From the NCBI GenBank assembly GCA_035946735.1, contig DASYYZ010000024.1, positions 13,475 through 77,474 on the forward strand: a stretch of 64,000 bases of DNA, given 5' to 3'. The DNA comes from Terriglobia bacterium (GTDB taxonomy: Bacteria; Acidobacteriota; Terriglobia; UBA7540). Under the pieces are notes generated by a model, which saw nothing but the letters and a program-made list of their open reading frames with translations, searched no databases and was not told the origin of the DNA. This document shows, in pieces, positions 9,237 to 18,331 of this stretch (within the stretch, counting starts at the first letter, position 1; each line of letters begins with the position of its first letter). Position numbers and translations under genes: made by a program.

Positions 9237-12050
9237 TTATTCATAGCGCAGCGCCACCATGGGATCGACTCGAGACGCGCGGCGAGCCGGTACGTAGCCG
9301 GCAAATGCCGCCGCAGCCACCAGCAGCAACGCCGCGCCGGCGATGGTCAACGGATCGTTCGGCTTCAGCCCGAACAGCAGGCTTGAGATCAGGCGCGTCG
9401 CTTCGAGTGCCCCGAACACACCCAGGGTGATTCCAATCGCCACCAGCACCAGAGTCTCGCGCAGGACCATGCCAAGAATCTCAGCGCGGTTCGCGCCCAG
9501 CGCCATACGGATGCCGATCTCGCGGGTACGTTGCGAGGTGGCGAAGGCCATGATGCCGTAAACGCCCAGGCAGCCGAGCAGCGCAGCCAGCAAGCCGAAG
9601 AAACTGGTGAGGCGCGCGAAGAGGCGCTCCTGAAACAAGGTTTGATTGATCTGCTCAACCTGGCTCTTGACGTCGAAGAGCGCCAGGTTCGGGTCCGTGC
9701 CCTGAGAGACGCGACGCACGGCCGGCGCCAGCGCCATGGGATCGCCTGCGGTACGCACCTCGAAGTGCATGCCACCCAGCAACTTCACTTCCTGCAGGTA
9801 TGGAGTGTAAACGGTGGGAGGGACCTCTTGCCGAAGATCGCTGTATTTGGCGTCGCCCGCCACACCCACAATCTCGATATCGGCTTTGGTCTTTTGATCG
9901 CCAAAACCGAATCGCCTACCGATGGGGCTTCCGCTGCCCAGGTATTTGCGAACGAACTTTTGGTTCACCACTGCCACCTTGGGTGCTGCGGCCGCGTCGC
10001 CTTCGCCGATGCCGCGCCCGAGAATGATCGGCATGCCGAGGGTTTCAAAAAAAACCGGACCTACCCGGTTCCACCAGGCCTCGAGGCCGTCTCTCTTCTC
10101 ACCCGCCTTTGGCGTGTAGCCGAGAATACCGACCGAGTTGATGGCCTCGCCGTTGCCGATCAGCGTCAAGGCCGACAGAGTCACTGAGCGCACACCGGGC
10201 AACGCCTGGAGGCGCCGGGTAAACTCCTGGTAAAAATCCGCCAGACGCTGTTCCTTGTAGCCATCCTGAGTGGGGTCAACGCCGAAGAGGAGGAGGTTTC
10301 GTTCATTGAACCCCGCATCGACATTTTGGAGATTGGCCAGCGTGCGGACAAACAAGCCCGCGCCGACCAGCAGCAGAAGAGAGAGTCCCACTTGCGTGAC
10401 CACCAGCGTCTTGCCGAGCCCCAAACGCAAGCCGCGACGGCGCTCCTGCGCACCCGGCATTTTTCCTGCGCTTTCTTTAAGCGCGGGAGTGAGATCGACG
10501 CGGGTGCTTCGCAGTGCCGGCGAAAGCCCAAACAGAATGCCTGTAAGCAGCGAAACCGCCGCGGTGAAACCGAGCACCCCTGGATCAGGTGTCACGCTCA
10601 AGCTCACGGGATTGCGGCCGCTCGACATAAAGGCAACCAGAAGGTGCGTTCCCCAGAAGGCCAGGAGCAGCCCCAAAATACCGCCCATGGCGGCCAGCAG
10701 CACGCTCTCCGTCAGCAATTGCCGGACGAGCCGCGATCTTTTGCCGCCAATGGCCAGCCGTACGGCAATCTCCTTCTGGCGCGAAGTGCCGCGCGCCAGG
10801 AGAAGATTGGCAACGTTCGCGCACGCGATCAGCAGCACCAGTCCCACCACCGTCATCAGGACATACAGTGGCTTGGAGAATTCCCCGCGCAGCTCATCGA
10901 GGCCCTTGCTCCCGGGTTCCACTTCCAGGTGGGGAATGGTTTCCGGCTTAATGGTGGGTTTTACGTCCGGCGACATACTTTGCTGAAGCAATACGTCGAG
11001 TTGAGCGCGCGCCTGTTGTTCGCTCACGCCCGGCTTTAGGCGGCCCATGATGAGCAGCCACCACTGGTTGCGCGCCGCGAAGAGCGTTCCCGCAGGTTTT
11101 GCGGCGCCGCCCGGCGCGGGCTCGGGAGGCTCAGGTGACCACCGCGGCTCCACCTGTGGCTGGCTGTGAAGCGGCAGCCAGACTTCAACGGCGCGTCCGG
11201 GCTGCACGCCATAGAACTCGGGCGGGCTCACACCGACAATCGTTACGGGGACGCTGTTCACCGTGATCGTCCGCCCCAAAACGCCAGGGTCGCGCCCGAA
11301 ACGCCGCTCCCAGTAGCCATAACTGATAACCGCCGCGGGACCTGCGCCAATGCGGTCGTCATCGGGAGTGAGGGCACGGCCCAGGATGGGCTCAACGCCC
11401 AGCGTCGAGAAAAAAGTTCCCGAGACGAGTTCGCCCTCGGCGCGGCCCGGCACTCCTTTATAACCCACGTTCAAGTCGCTGCTGTTACCGGCCAGTGCCA
11501 ACACGTCCGAAAATACGTGATTGTGCACGCGGATCTGCTCATAGCCGAGATAAGCAAAGGACGTGCTGGTGTTGCGTCCGCCTTTATCTAAACCCCAATT
11601 GCCCGTGAGGCCGCTGATGATGCCGTTTGGCCACCCATGCGAGGCCCACTTCAGCAGCAGAAGCTGCTGCGGACTCTGAACGGGCAGCATCTTGAGCAGC
11701 ACCGCGTCAATCAAGCTGAAGATGGCCGTATTAGCGCCGATTCCGAGCGCGAGCGAGAGCACCGCAACGGCCGTGAATCCGGGACTGCGCCGCATGGCGC
11801 GTAGACCATAGCGCACGTCTTGACTCAGACGTTCCAGCAGGATCGATCCCCACATGGCTCGTGTCTCCTCCCGTTTCAGGCCCGGGTTGCCGAAGGCGCG
11901 CAGCGCGGCGTAACGAGCCTCGCTGGGCTGCATGCCGGCGGCGATGTTCTCGTTCGTCTTCATGTCGAGGTGGAAGCGCAGCTCGTCGTCGAGATCGTGC
12001 TCCTGGGTGGACCGTCCGAACAGTGAGCGTAATCGTTTCGTCAGTCGCAT
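9237..12050 (-). CDS. Duplicated MacB-like/FtsX ABC permease (ADOP family)
   Basis: Permease-prefix N-terminus (LDDELRFHLDMKTNENIAAGM.P.EARY.ALRAFGN). Two MacB-periplasmic plus FtsX halves. C-terminus ...YVPARRASRVDPMVALRYE. Confidence 0.9.
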   Translation of the reverse strand: MRLTKRLRSLFGRSTQEHDLDDELRFHLDMKTNENIAAGMQPSEARYAALRAFGNPGLKREETRAMWGSILLERLSQDVRYGLRAMRRSPGFTAVAVLSLALGIGANTAIFSLIDAVLLKMLPVQSPQQLLLLKWASHGWPNGIISGLTGNWGLDKGGRNTSTSFAYLGYEQIRVHNHVFSDVLALAGNSSDLNVGYKGVPGRAEGELVSGTFFSTLGVEPILGRALTPDDDRIGAGPAAVISYGYWERRFGRDPGVLGRTITVNSVPVTIVGVSPPEFYGVQPGRAVEVWLPLHSQPQVEPRWSPEPPEPAPGGAAKPAGTLFAARNQWWLLIMGRLKPGVSEQQARAQLDVLLQQSMSPDVKPTIKPETIPHLEVEPGSKGLDELRGEFSKPLYVLMTVVGLVLLIACANVANLLLARGTSRQKEIAVRLAIGGKRSRLVRQLLTESVLLAAMGGILGLLLAFWGTHLLVAFMSSGRNPVSLSVTPDPGVLGFTAAVSLLTGILFGLSPALRSTRVDLTPALKESAGKMPGAQERRRGLRLGLGKTLVVTQVGLSLLLLVGAGLFVRTLANLQNVDAGFNERNLLLFGVDPTQDGYKEQRLADFYQEFTRRLQALPGVRSVTLSALTLIGNGEAINSVGILGYTPKAGEKRDGLEAWWNRVGPVFFETLGMPIILGRGIGEGDAAAAPKVAVVNQKFVRKYLGSGSPIGRRFGFGDQKTKADIEIVGVAGDAKYSDLRQEVPPTVYTPYLQEVKLLGGMHFEVRTAGDPMALAPAVRRVSQGTDPNLALFDVKSQVEQINQTLFQERLFARLTSFFGLLAALLGCLGVYGIMAFATSQRTREIGIRMALGANRAEILGMVLRETLVLVAIGITLGVFGALEATRLISSLLFGLKPNDPLTIAGAALLLVAAAAFAGYVPARRASRVDPMVALRYE

Positions 12051-12097
12051 CGAATTTCCCTCGTGTCTCCAGGTAAATCCTGTAACTTCGATTGGCT

Positions 12098-12233
12098 GTC
12101 ATTTCGAGCCCGTTCGCTTCTCCGCTGTGAACGGTCCTGAGCGCAGTGAAGGAGCTCAGGGTAAACTTCGCGAGAAATCTCGTAGGCCCTCTTATTGTCC
12201 AGAGCGAGATTCCTCGCTGCGCCCGGAATGAAA
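12098..12233. repeat. MITE/REP-like structured intergenic element with imperfect terminal inverted repeats
   Basis: Left end GTCATTTCGAGCCCGTTCGC. The right end read in reverse complement is TTCATTCCGGGCGCAGCGAGGAATCTCGC. Internal hairpin CCTGAGC-N11-GCTCAGG. It translates as ..SFRAQRGISL.., a string I recall from repeat-derived ORFs in many genomes. Confidence 0.45.
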
Positions 12234-12256
12234 AGTCTTCGAAAGAGGTTCTCCTG

Positions 12257-12580
12257 CTATGCAAATCGGAGCACCTTGGCCACGGCTCCGGCCACGCGGC
12301 CCCAGGCCGCTTCTTCCTGAGCTAGCCGCTTGCGGCCGGTCGCGGTCAACCGGTAGAACTTGGCGCGGCGGCCGGTGCTCGTGACTCGCCAGTCCGCGGT
12401 GATCCAGTCCGCGTGCTCCATGCGGTGCAGTGCCGGATAGAGCGAGCCTTCCTCTACGCGCAGAACCTCCTCGGAAATCTGCTGGATGCGCTGCGCCACC
12501 GCGTAGCCATGCATCGGCCCGCGCGCCAGTGTTTTCAGAATCAAAAGATCGAGAGCGCCTTGCAGTTGGTCTTTCGCCAT
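12257..12580 (-). CDS. PadR family transcriptional regulator
   Basis: LDLLILKTLARGPMHGYAVAQRI...EGSLYPALHRME..W....W.......RAKFYRLT..G. Confidence 0.9.
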   Translation of the reverse strand: MAKDQLQGALDLLILKTLARGPMHGYAVAQRIQQISEEVLRVEEGSLYPALHRMEHADWITADWRVTSTGRRAKFYRLTATGRKRLAQEEAAWGRVAGAVAKVLRFA

Positions 12581-12712
12581 AGGTCGAACCCTAGAGTTCT
12601 ATGCCTAGAGTGCTCTGCTTTGTTGGGATTGTCAAGCGGCTAAAGCGCTACGCTGGCGATCATGGTCTGGGCCACGCGTCGCATGACCGCTGGAGGAAGA
12701 AAGCCCGATGAA

Positions 12713-13309
12713 TCAAGGTGTGGCCAGTTTCTGTTCCAAAGCCGCCTTCACCTCCGGCCATTCCTCCCGAGTCACGCTGAAGTAGACGCTGTGCCGCAGA
12801 CGGCCGCTGGCGGTGACCATGTGGTTGCGCAGGGTACCCTCTTCCTTGGCGCCGATGCGAGCGATGGCGCGGCGCGAGCGCTCATTGAGCGAATCGGTCT
12901 TGAGCCCCACCCGGTTGCAGCCCCAGCTATCGAACGCGCAACCAAGCATCAGGTACTTGGCTTCAGTGTTGATAATTGTGCGCTGCCAAGGCGGAGCGAT
13001 CCAGGTGTAACCAATCTCGAGGCTGCGATTCGGGCGGTCAATGGTCATGAAGCGCGTGGATCCAACTGCGAGTCCCGTGCTGCGCGCGATGGTGGCAAGG
13101 GGCAGTGATTTGCCGGCCTTCTGCTCCTCGAGCGCAGTGACAATGAGCGCCTTCATGTCTTCCGGCGTCCGGATAGGCTGCGCATACCAGCGAAAAATAT
13201 CGTCCTGGAGTCCGATTTCGACCAGGCGCGGCAAGTGCGCCATCGTGAGCGGCTCCAAACGAACGTGCTCTCCCTCCAGTACCGCAGGCTCGAACGAGAT
13301 TTCCGGCAT
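12713..13309 (-). CDS. GNAT family N-acetyltransferase (RimJ/RimL-like)
   Basis: ~200 aa with LEIGYTWIAP.WQRT.INTEAKYLML..AF....C.RV.LKTD..N.RSR.AI.RIGA..EG.LRNH. Confidence 0.85.
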   Translation of the reverse strand: MPEISFEPAVLEGEHVRLEPLTMAHLPRLVEIGLQDDIFRWYAQPIRTPEDMKALIVTALEEQKAGKSLPLATIARSTGLAVGSTRFMTIDRPNRSLEIGYTWIAPPWQRTIINTEAKYLMLGCAFDSWGCNRVGLKTDSLNERSRRAIARIGAKEEGTLRNHMVTASGRLRHSVYFSVTREEWPEVKAALEQKLATP

Positions 13310-13435
13310 GGTTGGTCCCCTTTCGAAAGCAGTAGGCGCTGGGCAGCCGGCCCATCGGCAAGGAGCCGGCTCTGCCGCTCGTCTGCCCGCAACATTCAGT
13401 GTAGGGGAAATGCGATCCCCGGGGGCGTCCGTGAT

Positions 13436-13492
13436 CTCCTATTGACATTCGATAGGAACCGGAGATACTCTCATATCGGCTTCCTATAGGAG
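13436..13492 (+). promoter_or_regulatory. Candidate promoter plus operator of the PadR-permease operon
   Basis: TTGACA (13442-13447), 17-18 nt spacer, ATACTC/TACTCT. Four CCTAT/ATAGG half-sites (CTCCTAT, ATAGGAA, TTCCTAT, ATAGGAG) bracket it directly upstream of the TTG start at 13500. Confidence 0.3.
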
Positions 13493-13499
13493 GACGGAT

Positions 13500-13832
13500 T
13501 TGGATCGGAACCAGGTCGAACTGCTGCAGGGCACGCTGGACCTGCTCATCTTGAAAACCCTCGGTCTCGAGCCGCTTCACGGCCTCGGGATCGCGCGCCG
13601 GATTGAGCAGGTCACACGCGGGACCTTTCAAGTGAAGCCGGGATCGCTCTTTCCAGCCTTGCACCGGATGGAGGAGCAAGGCTGGTTGTCGTCATCGTGG
13701 GGGGTGTCCGAAAACCGCCGCCGCGCCAAGTATTACCAATTGACCCGCGCCGGCCGGCGGCAGCTTGAAACCGAGACCGAGCGCTGGGGCCGGATTTCGC
13801 TCGCCATCGCTCGAGCATTAGAGGCGACATAA
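13500..13832 (+). CDS. PadR family transcriptional regulator
   Basis: LDLLILKTLGLEPLHGLGIARRI...PGSLFPALHRMEEQGWL...W.....RRAKYYQLT.AG. TAGGAGGA lies upstream of the TTG start. Confidence 0.9.
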   Translation: MDRNQVELLQGTLDLLILKTLGLEPLHGLGIARRIEQVTRGTFQVKPGSLFPALHRMEEQGWLSSSWGVSENRRRAKYYQLTRAGRRQLETETERWGRISLAIARALEAT

Positions 13833-13864
13833 AGGCACTCAGGCCCGCGATAGGAACCGAGTCT

Positions 13865-16576
13865 ATGCGGATACTGCTTTGCATTTCGAACCTTTGGCGC
13901 AACTTGTTTCGCCGCGTGCAACTGGAGCAGCAACTCGACGACGAAGTTCGTTCCTACGTCGATCTGTTGGCGGAAGAGAAGATCAGGACCGGAATGAGCG
14001 CGCAGACGGCTCATCGGGAGGCGGTGATGGAACTCGGCGGCATGGAACAGGTCAAGGAAGAGGTGCGCGGAATCCGAGCCGGCTCGCAGATCGAAATCCT
14101 GATGCAGGATTTTCGCTACGGTTTGCGGATGCTGGCGAAGAACCCGGGCTTCACGGCTGTGGCCGTGCTGACGCTGGCTCTCGGCATCGGAGTGAACAGC
14201 ACTATTTTCAGCGTGATCAGCACTATGGTGCTGCGGAAGCCGCCCGTCCATGATCCCGACCGGTTGATGATGCTCTTCAGCAGGAACGCCGGCGCCGGGG
14301 GGACGGGCGATGACGCCAACCGCTCGCCGGTGTCGCCTCCTGACTTCGTCGACTGGCGCGCGCAGGCGGCCTCGTTTACAGGAATTGCAGCCGCCTCGTC
14401 TTTTGAGAACGACAGCCACGTTACGCTGAGCGGCGGCAGCGAACCGGAGCGCGTGCCGAGCGCGCAGGTGTCAGCGAATTACTTTGAGGTGCTGGGCGTC
14501 TCTCCGATACTGGGACGCGGCTTCCTACCGGGCGAAGACCAGGTTGGCCGCGGCCAGGTGGTGCTGCTGCGCGCCGACCTGTGGAAGCGCCGTTTCGGCG
14601 CCGATCCGGGCGTTCTGGGCCGCACGGTGAAGGTGAACGGAGAGGTCTATACCGCAATCGGCGTCATGCCGGACTCGTTCCGTCAGCTCTGGATGTTTCC
14701 CGAGCAGCTCTGGACTCCGCTGGCCTTCGCGCCCGCGCAACTGGCGCCCGCGGCGCGCGCCCAGCGGAGCCTCAGCGTGTTCGGACGGCTGAAGCCCGGC
14801 GTGAGCGAGACACAGGCGCGATCCGAACTCGAAACCATCTCGCAACGGATCGCCGCGAGCAACCCTGAAAGCAACAAAGACTGGGGTGCGAACGTCTTGA
14901 CCCTTCAGGAGTACGCGATCCAGGAAAGCAACGCCGCCACGGCGCTGGCGTTTCTGATGGCGGCGGTGGGATTCGTCCTGCTGATCGCTTGCGCCAATCT
15001 CGCCAATCTGCTGCTGGCCCGCAACGCCAACCGCCAGCGCGAATTCGCGGTTCGAGCGGCACTCGGCGCCGGCCGGCTCCGTCTGGCGCGCCAGCTCCTT
15101 TCCGAGTGCCTTCTCCTGGCTCTGCTCGGCGGCGGCATGGGTCTGCTCTTTGCTGCCTGGGGCCTGCACCTGCTTCGCGCCGCATTCAACTGGAATGAGT
15201 GGTCGGTGATGATTGCCGAACAACTTTCCATCGATGGCAACGTGCTGCTGTTCACGTTCGGGGTCTCGGCGGCCACGGCAATTATCTTTGGCCTTGCTCC
15301 CGCCTTTCAGATTTCCCGACGCGACCCGAACGCCGGTCTCAAGGAAAGCTCGAGATCGACGACCACAGGGCGCGAGCATCATCGTTTGCAAGACCTGCTG
15401 GTGATCGCCCAGCTTGCATTGTCTCTGATCCTGCTGGTGGGTGCGGGAATCTTCGCCGAGAGCTTTATCGAAGAGATGCGGGCAAGACCTGGGATGAATC
15501 CGCACAATCTTCTCACGGCGTCGATCTCGCTGGCAGGCACGGCCTATAAAGACCCCTCGCGCCAGAGCGCCTTCTTTCAAAGCGTTTTGCGCCAGCTTGC
15601 GGGCCTCCCGGAGGTTCAGTCGGCGGCGGTCACGAGCGACCTGCCCTACACCTTTCCGGGTTATGCGCACATCGCCCTCGAGGGCCGCCCGGTGCCGAAG
15701 ACGGAGAAACAGGCGCAGTCCGCATACTTCGCCGTAAGCCCCGGTTATCTCGCCGCCACGGGAATTCCGCTGCATGAGGGGCGCGAATTCACTCTTGCTG
15801 ACAACGCCGGCTCGGTTCCGGTGGCGATCGTCAACGAGGCTTTCGCGCAAAAGTTCTTCCCGAACGAGAACCCGTTGGGACGCCACGTCAGAATCAGTCA
15901 CCCGGAGAGCGCAGAGAGTGAGGCGGCTGCCGCGAAGTGGAGCGAGATCATCGGTGTGGCCGGCAACGTGGACGAGCTTGTGGGGCAGCAAGCCCCGCGG
16001 CCTCAAATTTTCGAACCGTTCCTGCAGCGGCCTGACGGCTCAATGAGCGTGATCATACGGCTCAGGACCGAACCGGGCGCCTTTGCAGCCTCGCTGCGGC
16101 GCGCCGTCTTGAAGGTGGACAAAGACCAGCCGGTGACCAACATAAGAACCATGGACCGCGTCTTGCTGGACTCCGCGCAAGGCGACGATGCCATGGCCGG
16201 CCTGATGGGCGCGTTCGCTATCATCGCCCTCATGATGGCGGCGGTCGGCATCTACGGTCTCATCGGCTATCTGGTCGGCCGGCGGACTCACGAGCTGGGC
16301 GTGCGCATGGCCCTTGGCGCGCGCCGCCGGGAGGTCCTGACGCTGGTGCTGCGCCAGTCGATGGGAATGGTGTTGGCAGGTGTAGGCATTGGTTTCCTGG
16401 TCTCGCTCACGATGCCGCGCCTGGTGACTGCAAGCTTTCAGGGATTCCACGCGCACAGCGGATGGATCCTGGCCGGCACGCCCCTCGCCGTGATTCTGGT
16501 CGCCACTGCTTCAAGCTATCTCCCGGCGCGGAAGGCCTCAAATCTCGATCCTATGGCAGCCCTGAGACACGAGTGA
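13865..16576 (+). CDS. Duplicated MacB-like/FtsX ABC permease (ADOP family)
   Basis: Same architecture as 9237..12050. It lies 32 nt downstream of the PadR gene. Confidence 0.9.
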   Translation: MRILLCISNLWRNLFRRVQLEQQLDDEVRSYVDLLAEEKIRTGMSAQTAHREAVMELGGMEQVKEEVRGIRAGSQIEILMQDFRYGLRMLAKNPGFTAVAVLTLALGIGVNSTIFSVISTMVLRKPPVHDPDRLMMLFSRNAGAGGTGDDANRSPVSPPDFVDWRAQAASFTGIAAASSFENDSHVTLSGGSEPERVPSAQVSANYFEVLGVSPILGRGFLPGEDQVGRGQVVLLRADLWKRRFGADPGVLGRTVKVNGEVYTAIGVMPDSFRQLWMFPEQLWTPLAFAPAQLAPAARAQRSLSVFGRLKPGVSETQARSELETISQRIAASNPESNKDWGANVLTLQEYAIQESNAATALAFLMAAVGFVLLIACANLANLLLARNANRQREFAVRAALGAGRLRLARQLLSECLLLALLGGGMGLLFAAWGLHLLRAAFNWNEWSVMIAEQLSIDGNVLLFTFGVSAATAIIFGLAPAFQISRRDPNAGLKESSRSTTTGREHHRLQDLLVIAQLALSLILLVGAGIFAESFIEEMRARPGMNPHNLLTASISLAGTAYKDPSRQSAFFQSVLRQLAGLPEVQSAAVTSDLPYTFPGYAHIALEGRPVPKTEKQAQSAYFAVSPGYLAATGIPLHEGREFTLADNAGSVPVAIVNEAFAQKFFPNENPLGRHVRISHPESAESEAAAAKWSEIIGVAGNVDELVGQQAPRPQIFEPFLQRPDGSMSVIIRLRTEPGAFAASLRRAVLKVDKDQPVTNIRTMDRVLLDSAQGDDAMAGLMGAFAIIALMMAAVGIYGLIGYLVGRRTHELGVRMALGARRREVLTLVLRQSMGMVLAGVGIGFLVSLTMPRLVTASFQGFHAHSGWILAGTPLAVILVATASSYLPARKASNLDPMAALRHE

Positions 16577-16706
16577 AACTTTCGATCGATCGGCTGCGTA
16601 TATTTGTGGGCTGGCTTGTGTGTTCTCAACACGTACGCGCAGGCGCTATAGGCGCAGAATCAGCCGGTGTACGCAAGTGGAAGGAAATTTCAAAAGGAGA
16701 TTGCTG

Positions 16707-17117
16707 ATGAAGAATGCCAAGACTTTAATTACCGGAGCTTGCCTGCTCGTGCTGGCCGCGGCCTGTCTGGTTTTGGGTGAAGACAAGAAATCCGCCAAGG
16801 ACTCCCTGGCCGGTACCTGGGACTGCGTTGCCCATCTGAGCGGCGAGGATGACATCCCGTTTACGATGACTCTCGATCAGAGGGGCGAGGTCATCACTGG
16901 TTCCGTCGCTACTCACGAAGGAGATCTGGAGGTCAAGTCCGGAACCTATAAGACCGGCACGCTGGAACTCCATCTGGAGACGCCGGACGCCAAGTACGCG
17001 GTCACCGGGAAGCTGGATGGAGACCAATTCAAGGGACAATGGTCGAAGGATCCGGATGGAATCGGGGGCGATTGGGAAGGGAAGAGATCGGGCCCGGCCA
17101 AGTCCTCCGGCCAATGA
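16707..17117 (+). CDS. Small secreted protein of unknown function
   Basis: AAGGAGA lies 7 nt before the ATG at 16707. Signal peptide MKNAKTLITGACLLVLAAACLVLG. No family recognised. Confidence 0.65.
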   Translation: MKNAKTLITGACLLVLAAACLVLGEDKKSAKDSLAGTWDCVAHLSGEDDIPFTMTLDQRGEVITGSVATHEGDLEVKSGTYKTGTLELHLETPDAKYAVTGKLDGDQFKGQWSKDPDGIGGDWEGKRSGPAKSSGQ

Positions 17118-17160
17118 ACGGAGCGACGTTGATCCTCTTCGCAAGGAAGAATGTTCTTCG

Positions 17161-17322
17161 CCGCGCCTGGTGACTGCAAGCTTTCAGGGACTCCACGCGC
17201 ACAGCGCATGGATCCTGGCCGGCACGCCACTGGCCGTGATTCTGGTCGCCATTGCTTCAAGCTATCTCCCCGCGCGGAAGGCCTCAAATCTCGATCCTAT
17301 GGTAGCCCTGAGATACGAGTGA
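17161..17322 (+). pseudogene. Orphan 3' fragment (last 53 codons) of an ADOP/FtsX permease gene
   Basis: PRLVTASFQGLHAHSAWILAGTPLAVILVAIASSYLPARKASNLDPMVALRYE* matches the C-terminus of 13865..16576 almost residue for residue. There is no permease body upstream of it. Confidence 0.75.
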
Positions 17323-17491
17323 AACTTAAATCGACCGGCGCGTATATTTCGCGTATATTTGTGGGTCGGCTGTGCGTTTTCAAGGATGCATGCGGGGGCT
17401 ACGAGTGCAGAATCAACCGGTGTACGTAATAAGAAGATAAATTCCAAAGGAGATTGCTGATGAAGGGTGCAAGGCTTTGATTACTGGGGCC
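17161..17491 (+). repeat. Second, decayed copy of the segment 16415..16738
   Basis: Offset is 746-753 nt. It covers the permease 3' end, the intergenic region (with an extra GCGTATATTT unit), the SD and the first codons of the small secreted-protein gene. The copy reads ATGAAGGGTGCAAGGCTTTGA, i.e. MKGARL*. Confidence 0.7.
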
Positions 17492-17550
17492 CCGCTGAAC
17501 TCGACAAGGTGCCGATCGGCACCTATCTTCGACTGGAAGGCAACTAATCG

Positions 17551-17808
17551 ATGGATTTGAATGGAATTTTGCAAGAGCTGAAGACCAGGCGCGAATCAGT
17601 AAGACGAGCCATCGAGATCCTCGAAAAACAGCCCCGCGATTCGGCCAAGTCCGGCCGGCGATCTCGAAGTCTCAGCAACATTGAGAAAATGCGAACCATC
17701 ATGCTCCAGACACGGTTCAAGTGGGCCGTGCCGCGCATCGCCAAGAGCCTGCAGCGTCCGGTCCCGGTCGTCCGCGCCTATCTGCGGACGCGGAAATCAT
17801 CCGGATAG
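17551..17808 (+). CDS. Hypothetical small protein (weak call)
   Basis: Only an 85-aa ORF in an otherwise gene-poor stretch. No motif recognised and only a weak SD. Confidence 0.2.
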   Translation: MDLNGILQELKTRRESVRRAIEILEKQPRDSAKSGRRSRSLSNIEKMRTIMLQTRFKWAVPRIAKSLQRPVPVVRAYLRTRKSSG

Positions 17809-18331
17809 CTAAAACTCCTCTCTTGCAAGCTTGCAAGATTCACGGCGCAATCACAGCGCGGTCTAATTGTAAGGTTCGCCCGAGTCGCTCAGCGTCGGTT
17901 CGCTGCCGATTTGATCGATATACTGTCACGCCTGTATCAAGCCTAGAATCAGAAGCTTAAGTGTTGGGGCTAAGCATGGTCCCGTCGAGCGCCTTGGACG
18001 CTGCGTACGACCAGCGCGATATGCATTTGGCGGCGAAAACGGGGGCGACTCCGGTATTCGCCGGCGGTTAGACGGCTTGCTGAGCACCGCCGCAACGGTC
18101 CGCGCCGCGTGATAAGCAGCCTCCTGGGCCGCGCCCTGTCAACAAGGCGCGGCGTATTGACTTCGTGAGCCTCGGACTGTTCGCACATCCTTCATCCAGG
18201 GATTGCAAATCAGTCCGGGCGGTGTGAAAATAGGGCTTCGTGGGCGTTGATTCTCGTCGGTTCCCGATCGAAGTTCTGACGAGGCTGATCAAGCGAAGGC
18301 AGACAAAGCCAGACCAACGAGGAAACGAGTC

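Noticed and set aside
14525-16006. 493-aa ORF antisense to the ADOP permease gene
   Set aside because: It is Arg/Gly/Ala-rich low-complexity translation lying entirely inside a well-supported gene on the other strand, a typical high-GC shadow ORF.
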